Counted from the first letter of the stretch, positions 39,939 to 55,474 are shown. The stretch is 64,000 nucleotides of DNA from Octopus sinensis (GCF_006345805.1 NC_043009.1:10106001-10170000), one strand, 5' to 3'. The notes: generated from the sequence alone by a model not told the origin. Numbers and translations: made by a program.

Positions 39939-40622
39939 GTCTATCTATCTATCCCCCTCTCTCTCTCTATCTATCTATCTGTCAACATATCTATCTAGAT
40001 AGATAGATATATAGACATATGTATATGTATATTTATATACATATATATATGTATGTATGTATGCCTATACAGATACAAAGATATTTCCAATTGAGAAATA
40101 GATAGAGAGATAGATAACTTGACAGACAGATAGATAGACAAAGAGATAGATAAATAGGTAGGGTTAAAGACCGATAAGCAAATATATAGATAATTGTAAA
40201 CACCGATCTTTGCTAACGTGCAATGGACCATTGTAGCGCCCAAATCTTTTCAAACCACAAGCTTCAGATGCAAAACAATGCCATATTTACTGGAGTACCC
40301 TATTGTCACAGCTATTCTATGTATCCTGAACACCCGATATCCCTAACAACACAGTAAACCAACGGGTTCCTTCGTCGATTTCGACGGTGAACATGAAGAT
40401 GTTAAATCAGCTAAATTTCCTTCTCTCTCTCTCTCTCCTGCCAAAGGTAGAGCCCAGTAAATGATGACGTTTAAAAAATAGATATATATGCATGTGCGTG
40501 TACGCATGCGTGTATATGAAAGTATTTTTTAATTTGTACGTGTACACTTGTATTGGCATACATGCACGCCAAACACACATACACACATACACACACAACC
40601 ACATATATATGTATATGTATAT

Positions 40623-40691
<69 letters not shown>

Positions 40692-41127
40692 ATATACATG
40701 AATGTATGAATATATAAACAGATACACGCACAAAGGCATAATACTCATACACATAAAAATACGCTCATATGTATACACAGTCCGAGAAGAATCGTTCTAA
40801 TAGAACGCTTAAATGAAAGCTGAATTTCAATAAAATTCTTTAACATTAAAAATCAATAACATTTCGTCAGACGAACGAAGGTCAAGTGCTAAATTCTTAA
40901 TGTCATGTAATCTTTAATACGTTTCTGTAATCAAATTCTTCATTTTCCGTATATGTGAGTGAATGAAAGATATTTTTCACCCTGTTGTCTTATAGTTCAT
41001 ATATAGCATGAAGTTGAAGAGTCAAGTACTGTAGTGGAAATATAATAATAACAACAACAACGACAACAATAGTAACAACAACAACAACAACAATACTAAT
41101 AATAATCATAATAATAACAACAATAAA

Positions 41128-42289
41128 GGGGAATTCTTATGGGTGCAAAGATCAATTACACATAAGTAAAATGATTCTAGAGAATTGCCGGAGCAAAAAG
41201 AAGACCCTGAGTATGTCGTGGATAGACTGCAGGAAAGCGTTTGGTAGTGTCCCACATAATTTGATACTCAAGGCCTTTGAGATATATAAGATCTCTGCTG
41301 TCATATCCAAATTCTTACAAGGTAGCATGGTCAGGTGGGACACACGTCTCGTTCTAAACCATAGTAATGGGATGAGCCAAACTAACAACATCAACGTCAA
41401 ACGAGGCATCTTTCAAGGTGACTCCCTCTCCCCATTACTCTTTAGCATGGCACTGATCTCACTCTCACGCCAACTAAATAACACCAGGTATGGGTTCAAA
41501 GTTTGCAATACGACAATAAACCTTCTGTTTAATATGGACGATCTGAAGCTGTTTGTTAGAAATGACAAAGAGCTAGTGGGGCTGCTAACAAATGTTAAAG
41601 AATTCGCTAATAACATCGGGATGGACTTTGGCCTTGATAAGTGTGCTAAAGCAACTTTTGTAAGAAGCAAGCTCAGGCAAACAGCTTCCATTAATTTGGA
41701 TGCCGACACTACCATCAAGGAGCGTGACCCACAAGAAGATTACAAATACCAGGGGATAAACGAAGGAGATGGTATATTACATGCTACTATGAAGGAACAA
41801 ATAAGAAAAAAATATTGCAGGGGAATAAGACTCGGCTCTAAAAATCGCATCGACGCCATTAACACCCTGGCACTTCCAGTGGTCCAATATGGTTTTAATA
41901 TCATTAAATAGGAATCTTACAGAATTCCAACGCCTGGGCAGGAAGTCAAGAAAAATACTAACTTCTTAGAACATGCACCATCCAAAAGCAGATGTTGGTC
42001 GTCTGTACCTATCTAGAAGTAATGGGGGAAGAGGAATGATGCATGCAGAACTGTGTCATAAGACCACCACAATAGCAATGAACAGGGACTTGTCTAGTAC
42101 AGAGGACTGGACGCTGCGATTTGTGTGCAAACACGAAAGCAGCAAAAAATCACATTCTATTATCAGGCAAGCTTGCAAATTCGCAATGGTACTTGGCATT
42201 AACCCTCAAATAGTTGAAGAACCTGAAACCACTGCCACAAAACAAGCAAAATGGATCAAGCAGACCGCAGAAATGAAGGAGCAGAAACA

Positions 42290-42290
<1 letters not shown>
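41128..42290 (+). mobile_element. R4/Dong-like RT fragment between (AAC/AAT)n arrays
   Basis: ORF 41171-41911: WIDCRKAFGSVPH, RGIFQGDSLSPLLF, NMDDLKLF, DKCAK, YKYQGI; continues as HPKADVGRLYLSRSNGGRG. Confidence 0.9.
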
Positions 42291-42354
<64 letters not shown>

Positions 42355-42374
42355 TAATGATAATAATAATGATG

Positions 42375-42448
<74 letters not shown>
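42290..42448. repeat. (AAT)n microsatellite
   Basis: Directly visible. Confidence 0.95.
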
Positions 42449-42972
42449 CCTTTCTACTATAAGCACAAGGTCTGAAAGTTTGTGGGAGAGTGTTTGTCGA
42501 TTACATCAACCCCCATACTTGACTGGTAGTTATTTTATTGACCCCGAAAGGATGAAAGGTGCAGCGTGTGCTTCAACAGGGTGCAAACTTATTCTCGAAC
42601 GGTGCACCGTATCTTCAAGCAAGATACTTCACTCATGTTTCCCCAATCCACTCAGCTAAAAATAGGTACCACCAGCAGCAGCAGAAGTTGACGCTATCTT
42701 TGTCAACCATGTGACAGGCAGATATCCATCCAGTGTAGAGTGAAAACATCTTCATGGAAGAAATAGCGGCCATCCAATATCTATTTCCGCTATAGAACAG
42801 TCATCTTCATCGACCAAGTTTCCTCATTGACCCCTATATGATGAATATATCAATAGTGGACGGATTAAAGGGGGATTTTTCTTTCTGAACATAATTGCAG
42901 CGTGGAAGGAGTTTATAAGCCATTTAAGAAACACACAAAACCGTTAGATTCACATCAACATTTAAATTTAAT

Positions 42973-43021
42973 TTGTCAAAATATTTTCGTCGCTTTGAGA
43001 CCGCGACCTGTTCACTGATAA
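42973..43021 (-). ncRNA. Minimal hammerhead-like motif, G3-C8 core variant
   Basis: TTATCA-GTGAACA-G-GTCGC-ggtctcaaa-GCGAC-GAAA-ATAT-TT-TGACAA. Confidence 0.55.
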
Positions 43022-43057
43022 AACTTCGTGCTGCAGCATGAGATGCAGTACGAAGCT

Positions 43058-43106
43058 TTATCAGTGAACAGGTCATGGTCTCAAAGCGACGAAAATATTT
43101 TGACAA
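43058..43106 (+). ncRNA. Mirror copy of the G3-C8 motif with decayed stem II
   Basis: Same motif, with GTCGC changed to GTCAT. Confidence 0.4.
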
Positions 43107-43393
43107 ATTAAATTTAAGTGTTGCTGCAATTGTTTTCGTTCCAGCACACGATCTCAGATCAAGTCACTCGCTATGCAAGTACATCTCCGTAATTTTCTTT
43201 CAGAATTTCAACTAAAATAAGTGGTGGAGTGGGGCAGCTGGATTAAATGTTCTGAAGTATTTTGTCCAGAATCTAGTACAACTTACACGTCACTGTCTGC
43301 CATTTTGATTATGTGATATATTAACCTCCTTTCCCAAGGATCAAATAAAAGTCTTTATAATGGAAGATGCACCCGACACGCTAGTGTCTAGAG

Positions 43394-43730
43394 CAGTGGT
43401 TATCAGCCACTTTTTGCCTTTGATTCCTGTTTTATTCAGGAGGACCCTTATGGCCATTGAATGTCTAAAAGCTCCTATGATATTTTTATGATTAAATATT
43501 ATTAGGAATTGTATTTACTCTTTTACTTGTTTCAGTTATTTGACTGTGGCCATGCTGGAGCACTGCCTTTAGTCGAGCAAATCGACTTATTCTTTGTAAG
43601 CCTAGTACTTATTCTATCAGTCTCTTTTGCCGAACTGCTAAGTCCAAGGGACGTAAAAACACCACCATCGGTTGTCAAGCGATGTTGGGGGGACAAACAC
43701 ATAAACACACGCACACACACACACACATAC

Positions 43731-43761
<31 letters not shown>

Positions 43762-44082
43762 CGACGGGCTTCTTTCAGTTTCCGTCTACCAAATCCACAC
43801 ACAAGGCTTTGATCGGCCCGAGGCTATAGTTGAAGATATTGGCCCAAGGTGCACCGCAGTGGGAATGAACCCGGAACCATGTGGCTGGTAAGCAAGCTAC
43901 TTGTCACGCAGCCATTCCTGCGCCTTAAATGCTTAAATATTTTGCGTATTGTAGAAATATAACCAATTTATTGCACAAGCATTTTAACAACGAAATCTTA
44001 TATGGACTCCCAAGGGCCATATAGATCCCCAAGGGCCATATGGACTGCCAAGAGCCGTATAGACTCCGATTGAGAACCACTG
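43394..44082. mobile_element. hAT (Charlie-like) MITE containing a SINE-B insertion
   Basis: TIRs CAGTGGTT../..AACCACTG; 8-bp TSD gtctagag/atcaagag (6/8); 20-bp subterminal repeats. Confidence 0.75.
43510..43926 (-). mobile_element. SINE family B nested in the hAT MITE
   Basis: All family-B modules present. Confidence 0.88.
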
Positions 44083-46310
44083 ATCAAGAGAGATGATAGA
44101 TAAAATAGAGTTAAGTTTTACAATATTTAAATTAGATATAATGATGACGTAAGTTCCTGGTGAAAAGAACTGGCAATTAATTTTGATTCTCTGTTTTATG
44201 TATTTCATGCACTGAGTTAAATAATGAGTATGCGCATGGCATAAGCGTCACTCTTCCTCTTTCGCTATCTCCAAAGCTAATAATATTGATCAGCCGTTGA
44301 TGAAGAATACTTATCAGTCATCATGAAATCATGAAAGATCAAATAATTGACTCTGTTTATTACAGTAACGAATGGAATAATTAATATTTATCCTAATCCT
44401 TTTCAATTACTTCAGCACTCAAATTATCTCAGACATGTCCGAAGCCTCTGTCTACATAACACATCGATTGAATATTATATTAATTTACAATGAAAGCCTC
44501 AAACACATTCAGCTTTATTCATATCCGTTAAAAGCCCAGTTAGGCTTTGCAACCAGTCACGACAAGCTACATATTTCACGCTGAACATAAGAACATGATT
44601 GAAATATTAAATAAATTCAATATGATGTAAGCCATTATTCCATTATGATCTAAATTATATAAATTTATCGCTTATAGAATTACGCCATCCTCATGACAAA
44701 CGACAGTTAACATTAAACTGTAATTAAAAATATTTATGTAGTGAAGAAAGAAAGAACATTAGTTCAATAATTAATATTACATTAAGGAAATACAGGAGAC
44801 ACTTCTGGGCATGCTTCGGCTTTATTGTTCTTTTATTAGATCTTATCAACTTATACCAGTCTCTTGTTTATCCCCTGTTAGACCTGGACAAGCAGACCTA
44901 TAACCAACAGCATTGCATCCCTGAATATCTTGTTATATTTCAGGTATTGCGTATCCAGGCCATTACAATTCAATGTGTCTTAACGATAACAGGAAGTATT
45001 TTGAGGTAGATTTAGTTGATACTTGTACCAGGGGAAGCAATTACGAAAATGCTTCCCGGTTGCCCCAGGGTTTGTCAATGTTCGGTCTACAGATGATCTA
45101 GACTTCGATTATAATACTTCAGCAGACATCGGACATAACGACAGAGCTGGCTGGGCTCTATAAAATCTTACCTCATTTCCCTTCTTGTAGTGGCAACATT
45201 TGCGAAGGCAGACAGAGCATAAAAGACATCTTCATCTTGGCAATCGAATCTATGAAGGTATTAACAACTGGTGATTTCCAGGGCAACACCAACAATGTTA
45301 AGACTGAATGCAGCATCGTATTACTTAGACAACAAATACTGGACAGTAAGGGGAGAAATGTGCACACCCTATACATAGTCTAAAGAGACTAATAAAAATA
45401 ACTTGAGAGTAGGTGCGAAAGTCTTGAATAATTACTCTGCTGGATCAATTTAAATAAACTGAACGAGAAACATCATATCAGCAGAAATTTATACTTAGTT
45501 ATATATCCTACAATTTACAAGAAAACCAACGACATTGACAGAAATAGTAGCCTCTCCTGGACATTTGAGATACGTCTTTATTTAGAAAATAGCTACAAAA
45601 TACCTGATTCATAAAAAGGATAAGGATGATGTTAAGCCACCACTATCATAGGATAGAAATTATCGACTGTATTATACTAGCATTAGCTTCCTGAAATTTC
45701 CCACAAATTAAAACCTTTCTATGAGATATAACATTGCTACTAAACGTACTTACAATGCTATCTGCAAGAAGCGTTGGTCTGATAGTCGTAAAAAAAAACG
45801 CATGTGAGAACCAGAACGTATTCACGTCTTTAAAAATAAAATTTACTGGAGGAACATTCAAATAGAAACAAAGGGTGGAGCGAAGATGATAGAACAGATA
45901 TGTTTTATGGGAAAGGGAACACCAGTTGTACAGTAATATTTTAATCATCACTTCACCAAACTTTACTCACATCAGTAAATCATTATTTGTTCTAATATGA
46001 GAACGACAAGTTCCTAGCGGGTCATAAACGACGTATTCGGTGTCTGTAGCTGATAAAAACAGAATAAGGCAGAAACGCGTGTTATACTGCGTCGATGACA
46101 TCGTTCAAAGTCTAGCAAAATGTACTTCCACACATTCACACGCATTATCTATAAGAAAGATTTCTTTCTTGAGACAGCTTCCGTAGCGATGGTCTTTCTA
46201 CATTTTAGTGTACACGAAATGTTGTAATGCAACTGTACGTAATTTCCTTTTAATCAACCTACTGCACTTCTCTCTATATAAATATGTGTGTGTGTGTGTG
46301 TATGTATATA

Positions 46311-46697
46311 CTCTCTTTTACTCTTTTACTTGTTTCAGTCATTTGACTGCGGCCATGCTTGAGCACCGACTTTAATCGAGCAAATCGACCCCAGGGCTTA
46401 TTCTTTGTAAGCGTAGTACTTAGTCTATCGGTCTCTTTTGCCGAACCGCTGAGTTACGGGGACGTGAACACACCACCATCGGTTGTCAAGCGATGTTGGG
46501 GGGACAAACACATAAACACACACATACATACATATATATACATATACACGACGGGATTTTTTCCGTCTATCAAATCCATTCACAAGGCTTTGGTCGGACC
46601 CAGGGTATAATAGAAGACACTTGCCCAAGGTGCCACGCAGTGGGACTGAACCCGGAACCATGTGGTTGGTAAGCAAGCTACTTACCACACAGCCACA
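46311..46697 (-). mobile_element. SINE family B
   Basis: Family-B modules. Confidence 0.88.
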
Positions 46698-47494
46698 CAT
46701 GTATGTATATATATATATATGTGTGTGTGTATATATATATAAATGACTAAGTTATCTTGTACTGCTACAGTTGTTTCATTAACAGTTTTTATTGTCCCGC
46801 AATACAGTCACTTATGCAGTATGTACAACGTCCATAACATTACGTAATATTTTACGCAACTCCCAACTCATTAGGCTCACCAAATATATAAGCTCATCAA
46901 CAATATGCAATTCATATGCAAGTGGAATTTCGAATCAGAATTACCAACATTTAGGAAATGTAAAAGCGAGTGGGACTATAATCAGTCAACCAAGAAGGCT
47001 AGCAGAAATAAATTGTGAATTAGAGAATAGTTAAGAAGCATATTTAATCTAAAAATGTTATTAAACTTAGCGACATCACTCATAAAAGCTGGCACAAGAA
47101 ACAAAAAAGCTTACATGCTAGAAGATAGCAAAGCATCAAACATGGTATTTGACCTTATTAAAACATTTTAAAGTCAGTTGGCGGCGTTGTTCTAGAAAGA
47201 AAAAAAAAACAAGACAAGAAAAAAGAAACAAATCTTTGTGTTATATTGTTTAGTACCGCAAAGGAGTGATATGGTTAATAAATTCAAAAGTTACTTATTC
47301 ATTTATTTAATTCATATTGATTAAAGTGCGTCGATTAATCATTATAGAACTAATAGAATATAAGCTTTAATCATGGTAGATCCAGCTGTGGTAATGGATC
47401 TACTTAACTGTTTGATTCGTGTCTTTCTGTCTACCCGTCAATTATATCGTGCTTCAGCTCTAATGAATTTCCTTCTTATCAAATCTATCTATCT

Positions 47495-47788
47495 AGAGTT
47501 ACTTACTTGCAAATACATGTGTTAACATGTCACATTATTGACCGAGGTTACCGTGGTCTTTTCCGTAGGCTTTTCTTTCCACGGATAAACCTTATCTGTT
47601 TCCGCCTTTACACTTTACATTATGACATCTCTGTGATACACGATCCCTATTGATCGATTTTAATCTCTTTCCTTTTTACGATCCCTTTTGATCGAAAACC
47701 TACCCCACCTTTTTTCTCCCCAAAAAGGAAAGCTCTACTTTGTAATCTATCCCGTCTGTGTTCAGCCCTGTGTGGCTAATAAAGAAAC
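47495..47788 (+). mobile_element. Tx1/L1-like LINE 3' end, copy 1 (diverged)
   Basis: Homologous to copies 2 and 3; ends AATAAAGAAAC followed by (CTAT)n. Confidence 0.7.
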
Positions 47789-47789
47789 A

Positions 47790-48445
<656 letters not shown>

Positions 48446-48459
48446 TTATCTATCTATCT

Positions 48460-49134
<675 letters not shown>

Positions 49135-49153
49135 TTATCTATCTATCTATCTA

Positions 49154-49211
<58 letters not shown>

Positions 49212-50049
49212 GTCTGTCTGTCTGTCTGCATGCCTGCCTGTCTGTCTGTCTGTCTATATATATTCGTGTGAATTCATATTTACACGTTTGAGCACACTTG
49301 GAAGTATGAAGATCTGCTGCTAATAGAGGACGTTTGAAAATACATAACTGTAAATGACGTCATTGGAGCTTAGGACTCATGCGTCAGTTCTTTCGCATCG
49401 TCTGCTACTAACACCATTCTCGGCTCGATAACAACGAATCTTTTCTTATATTGCAACAGAATACGGTATGTTTGCCGGTGTATGAAAATCTTGGTCGAGC
49501 TAGAATGAAATTAAGTGGCACAAAGCAGCTTTGAATAAAATATAGGCGTAAAGTTCCATTTTTTTGTCTTTTTACACGTTCGGGCAAACTTGGATGCGAG
49601 AAGACCTTCCGCTGCGGAAATAACTCCAGAACAAAATTTTTTCCTCCTCTACGTCATATGAGAAAATGCACTGAGCTCTGAATTACGCCTTTGGATGGTA
49701 GTTCAGATTCGCTCTTATCGGGCCGTGAACGACAGGTTTGCGAAAGAACGCAGACATGCATGCGTCCTACATCCAGTAACGTCATTCAATGCTGAATATG
49801 TTTCCACGCTTGTTGTCTAAGAGGAAAATTTTCTCCTGGGACCATTCTTCAACCTCACGTTCCTTTTTAGTTGGAACCAGGAAAAGTCCCTGATGCCTTA
49901 GCCAAAGAAGGTACCCATCTTCAATCCCTTTCAATCGCATCAACCACAACCTGAGTGTGCTTTAGGTTGTTAAATATTTTCGGAGGTCGATAAATAAAAT
50001 ACCAGTCAAATGCGGAGGTTGATTCGTCTTTCATTCTTTCTTTCTTTCT

Positions 50050-50392
50050 TTCTTTTATTCTTTTATTTCTTTGTCATTTGACTGCGGCCATGCTGGGGCA
50101 CCGCCTTTAGTCGAGCAAATCGACTCCAGGACTTATTCTTTGTAAGCCTAGTACTTATTCTATCGGTCTTTTTGCCGAACCGCTAAGTTACGGGGACTTA
50201 AACACACCAGCATCGGTTGTCAAGCGATGTTGGGGGAACAACCACAGACACACAAACATATACACACACATACATATATATATATATACGTATATACGAC
50301 GGGCTTCTTGCCCAAGGTACCATGCAGTAGGACTGAACCCGGAAACATGTGGTTGGTAAGCAAGCTACTTACCACACAGCCACTCCTGCGCT
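50050..50392 (-). mobile_element. SINE family B with internal deletion
   Basis: Family-B modules. Confidence 0.85.
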
Positions 50393-50780
50393 TTAATTAT
50401 AAATATTTTGTGTAGTGCTGTTTTCTTGCTTTTTCTGACACTTTGGATTTATTGTTTCGCACTTCAGTAATGGTTCTGCGAATTTGACATAATTATCCCC
50501 CAAATTTACACTTACACACACACAAACACACACACAAACACACACACATACACACACACGCACGCACAGATACACTGCCCACCAATATACACATGCATAT
50601 ATGCAACAAACTTGCGGGCATTTTCTATCTACATTTCACACACTAGATATTGGTCAACCCGAGACAAGAGCAATAAACGCTTTCCCAAGCGAAGTGCCAT
50701 ATGAACTGAAAGTATTTAGTCGCAAAGTGAACTTGTTTACCAAACAGCTATATTGACGCTGTTAATGTATATTCAATAGT

Positions 50781-51102
50781 GTGAAGGCGCGTGGCTCAGG
50801 TGGTTAGGGCATTCGGCTCACGCTTGTAAGGTTGTGAGTTCCATTCCCGGCGACGCGTTGTTTCCTTGAGCAAGGCACTTTATTTCACGCTGCTCCAGTC
50901 CACTCAGCTGGCAAAAATGAGTCGTACCTGTATTTCAAAGGATCGGCCTTGTCACACTCTGTGTCACACTGAATCTCCTTGAGAACTACGTTAAGGGTAC
51001 ACGTGTCTGTGGATTGCTCAGTCACTTGCACGTTAATTTCACGAGCAAGCTGTCCCGTTGTTCGTATCAGCTGGGACCCTCGTCGTCGTAATCGACGGAG
51101 TG
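50781..51102 (+). mobile_element. tRNA-derived SINE family C
   Basis: TGGCTCAGGTGG A-box, GAGTTCCATTCC B-box, CCACTCAGCTGGCAAAAATGAGT core. Confidence 0.8.
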
Positions 51103-52559
51103 TTCCTTTTATATTCTATAGTTCTCCTACATTAAACTTGCAGAAAGATCACTCTCCATGTGGCTTTCTGATAGTCGATAAATAATGGACTTTTGATTAC
51201 CGATTTGTGTAATTTCTGAGGTGTAACGTCTAATTTTTCTTTGTATCCTTTATTCCTTTAATAGTCCTTTAATAGATCGATCAGTAAATGAATTTAGAAT
51301 AATATTAAGTACTGAAAGACAACATTAGAATTTATGTAGAAATCAGGTATTATGTTGACTTAGCCACGTAGAAGTCCTCAGTTTATCGTCCTCAACAACA
51401 AGTGACAAATATTAAACAATGTTAGAATCAATATAGTTTCGCTGACTTGGATTAAACTTATAATTTGGTAAAATATGTCTGTAGAAAGTAGCGTTGCAAA
51501 TATTTGGGCGCCTATTATACTTCAAGAAAAAGACTAACCAGAGATACTGAAAATTCTGTCTCGTGAGTACGATGGTTGAGTCGTAGTGAACAAAAGTTAA
51601 TTTTGTGATTGAATCGCATTTTGATAGAAATATATTAAAATAGGAATTTATAAAAAAAATGTTCAACACAGTGTAGATTTAAATAATTGCTTTCTTTTAG
51701 TAAAAGTCACATACTCCAAGCTAATTAATAAGCAGCTTTCTTGATAATAGAATAGATTATGGATAAACCGGTCGTAATAGTGCCACCGCTTTTCGAGTCT
51801 GTCACTCTTGTATCCTGATACATTTGATTGATTACTTATCATCCATTTATATCATTCGACTACAGCTTTCAATGTTCCGTTGATATGAACCAGCTAAAAC
51901 AAACAAACATGCTGCTTTCAGAAGATTATTTTAAGTGTGAATTTCTACATTTACATATTTTCAACGTCCATTTTGTCTTATTATTTCCAAATGGAATTAT
52001 GTTGGCTTAAAAGAATGCTCCGAAAACCTCATTTTATTCGGAAATCTCCGCTCTCTATCTCAGCTAATCCATCTTTAGAATAAAGTCGTATGTCTAGGTA
52101 TTTCTTTCGTAATGTTGCTGCATACAGAACATATTGTCTTAATGTTAGATTAAGTGCTTATTGAGATAAATGCTGAATATCAGATACTGAAGTGAATAGA
52201 TTTGATGTCGTATCATGTGGCTTTTCTGTTCAAATTCTGCCAGGTAGCCACAATATTGTTACATCATACTCAGTCATCTATATATATAATGTATAATTAT
52301 TGCTAATTACATATAACTTCCACACAGATTCCGTCAACCAAATTCGCTCACAAGTTATTGGTCGACACGGGATTACATTACAGGACATTAACCCAAATTA
52401 TCGTGCAATGAGATCAAACCCGAAACCACGGGGCTGCAAAGCGAGCCGTCTTGATCACACAGCCATGACTATACATAATGTATAATTATGGCTAATTAGC
52501 AAATGGCATTCGATAGAATACCTTTCGATATGGGTTACTTATCTTTACATTCTAACGCC

Positions 52560-52820
52560 CCAAACCCTTCTAAATTCCTCTGAATACATGGCTGTGATGC
52601 TATCCCACTATGTCTCTTAGTGATCAGAGATGCACATATTGTCAGCTACTAAGTGACATGGTCAACTGGTTAAGGTCAAACAACTGACAAGCAAATCTGT
52701 GGTATTGAGCAGAATATTTGCTGTAGCCCATCTTTTATACCAAGACAAAACAATGTACATGATGACACTTCCAATCAGTTAGATCAGAAGCAATGAGAGC
52801 CACTGCCTGGTACTGCATCA
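52560..52820 (-). mobile_element. Element U, 5' portion
   Basis: Homologous to 24105-24637. Confidence 0.75.
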
Positions 52821-52867
52821 TCATCATCATCATCATCATCATTATTATTATTATTATTATTATTATG

Positions 52868-52939
<72 letters not shown>

Positions 52940-53001
52940 TTATTATTATTATTATTATTATTATTATTGTTGTTGTTGTTATTATTATTATTATTATTAT
53001 T

Positions 53002-53033
<32 letters not shown>

Positions 53034-53088
53034 TATTATTATTATTATTATCATCATCATCATCATCATTATTATTATTATTATTATT

Positions 53089-53590
53089 ACTTTTTTTTTC
53101 TTCTTTCAAATTTGCTTCCATTTCTTGCCGAGTGTCTTCCCGACTCCTAGGGCAAAGAAACTCATAGCATACATTGGTAGGCCATTAAACCAAACTCAGT
53201 AGTTCGTTCATTTTTTTTTTATTTTTTTAAAGTTAAATTAAAATACATGAGCAGCAACAGTTCTCACATCGACAATGCTCTTCTCAATACGTGTGATGTA
53301 CCAGTTAAGACAATCTTTTGCACTTCTTGCAGGGATGGTAAGCCAGGGATCATTCTCATATAATTTTCGGTTCCCTTCTTGATCATTCCTAGTGCTCCTA
53401 CGATCACTGGTATTGTAACCGCCTTGAGATGCCACATTTTCTCAATTACAATGAGTAGGTCTTTATATTTTCTGAGCTTGTCAAACTCTTTCGCTGAGAT
53501 ATTATGATCACAGGGGATGCTCATGTCGATCAATAAGCAAACTTGCTCATGTCGATCAATAAGCAAACTTGCTCATGTCGATCAATAAGC
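53089..53590 (-). mobile_element. R4/Dong-like 3' end
   Basis: LIDMSIPCDHNI..KLRKYKDL..VTIPVIVGALG..VLTGTSHVLRRALSM*, 3'UTR, (AAT)n. Confidence 0.88.
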
Positions 53591-53662
53591 ATTATTATTA
53601 TCATCATCATCATCATTATTATTATTATTATTATTATTGTTGTTATTATTATTATTATTATT

Positions 53663-53703
<41 letters not shown>

Positions 53704-53953
53704 TATTATTATTATTATTATCATCATCATCATCATCATCATTATTATTATTATTATCATCATCATCATCATCATCATCATATTATTATTATTATTATTA
53801 TATATTATTATTATTATTATTATTATGATCTCATCATCATCATCATCATCATTATTATTATTATTGTTGTTGTTGTTATTATTATTATTATTATCATCAT
53901 CATCATCATCATCGTCATCATTATTATTATTATCATCATCATCATCATCATCA

Positions 53954-53999
<46 letters not shown>

Positions 54000-54117
54000 C
54001 ATCATCATTATTATTATTATTATTATCATCATCATCATCATCATCATCATTATTATTATTATTATTATATTGTTATTATTATATTATTATTATCATCATC
54101 ATCATCATCATTCATCA

Positions 54118-54165
<48 letters not shown>
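53591..54165. repeat. Compound (CAT)n/(TAT)n microsatellite
   Basis: Directly visible. Confidence 0.95.
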
Positions 54166-54166
<1 letters not shown>

Positions 54167-54537
54167 GAGTGAGAGAACAGTGCATGCCATCAAAGTGACA
54201 CTGGGGTAAAATATACGAAGCCCAGTATACCCATCATGACTACCTGTCTGATAAGTCTACACCAGGCACATGTACCACAACCATATGTGCGCAACATAGT
54301 GATCTCATATCAAGATAAGCAGCAGGTAGGACCCAGTTAGAATTTTCTTCTGGTCGAGTAGCCTATCCCGCTCAAAAGGTCCCTGAATAAGGATTGTTTA
54401 AGGATGTTGAACGAACCACCCATATTTCCAAAGGTGAATTATCCAAACCTCCAAGAAATCCTTTCAGTACACGTCTGCTTTCAATCGGTTAAGATCAGAA
54501 GCCATGAGAGCCACTGTCTGGTACTGCATCAGGGCAT
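54166..54537 (-). mobile_element. Element U with internal deletion
   Basis: Both ends match the other U copies. Confidence 0.75.
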
Positions 54538-54705
54538 CCTTCTTCTTCTTCTTCTTCTTCTTCCTTCTTCTTTCTTCTTCTTCTTCTTCTTCTTCTTCTT
54601 CTTCTTCTTCTTCTTCTTCTTCTTCTTCTTGTTATTATCATCATCATCATCATCATCATCATCATTATCATCACCATCACCACCACCACCACCATCATCA
54701 TCATC

Positions 54706-54777
<72 letters not shown>

Positions 54778-54792
54778 TCATCATCATCATCA

Positions 54793-54830
<38 letters not shown>

Positions 54831-54843
54831 CCATCACCACCAC

Positions 54844-54888
<45 letters not shown>

Positions 54889-54890
54889 TA

Positions 54891-55436
54891 TTCAGTAGTC
54901 TTATTTTTATTGCATGCTTTCACTGCGTTACCGAGCGCAGCCCTGTCTGCCTTGGGTATGTGCTGTGGTTTGTTGTGGCCTTCTTATTTTCACTGTATTG
55001 AAAGTGCTGTAAGTAGGATGTCTGCGGTGCCTAGTAATGCTATTTTCTGTACGTTATATACACTTGTAAGTCCTGGTATTTTGGCTATGCGTTTGTCTGA
55101 ACGTTTTGTTTTCTTTTATCATACATAATGCGCCTACCATTATAGGAACTGTTTCTGTTTTTAGGCTTCACCTTCAAGTTACCTTTATTTCTAGATATTC
55201 GGATTTAGAAAAATTTTCTCTTTCTTTCAGAGAAACGTTGTTATCTGTTGGTATTGTTACATCTATTAGAAGGCATCTTTTTTCCTTTGTGATCTCTGAC
55301 AACTATATCGGTCTTCTTACCTTGATTTCTCTGTTTGTATATCACAGAGTATGGTTGCTTTCTCATTTTCTGTGACATCTTTTTTCTGTTGTCACTTCAT
55401 AGTGTTGCCATAACGTCCAGTGTATATAGGTCCTTT

Positions 55437-55438
<2 letters not shown>
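54891..55438 (-). mobile_element. R4/Dong-like 3' end, decayed
   Basis: QKIALLGTADILLTALSIQ*, 3'UTR, then AAT/GAT repeats. Confidence 0.75.

Positions 55439-55474
<36 letters not shown>

Larger units (their letters stand above)
42893..43175. mobile_element. Inverted pair of PLE-type pseudo-LTR fragments (core hairpin 42957-43122)
   Basis: ~79-bp arms with an 8-nt loop; each arm carries a hammerhead-like motif. Confidence 0.75.

Noticed and set aside
47376-47403. GTAGATCC hairpin as miR-10/miR-100
   Set aside because: Only an 8-mer matches, the seed is absent, and the stem is 9 bp.
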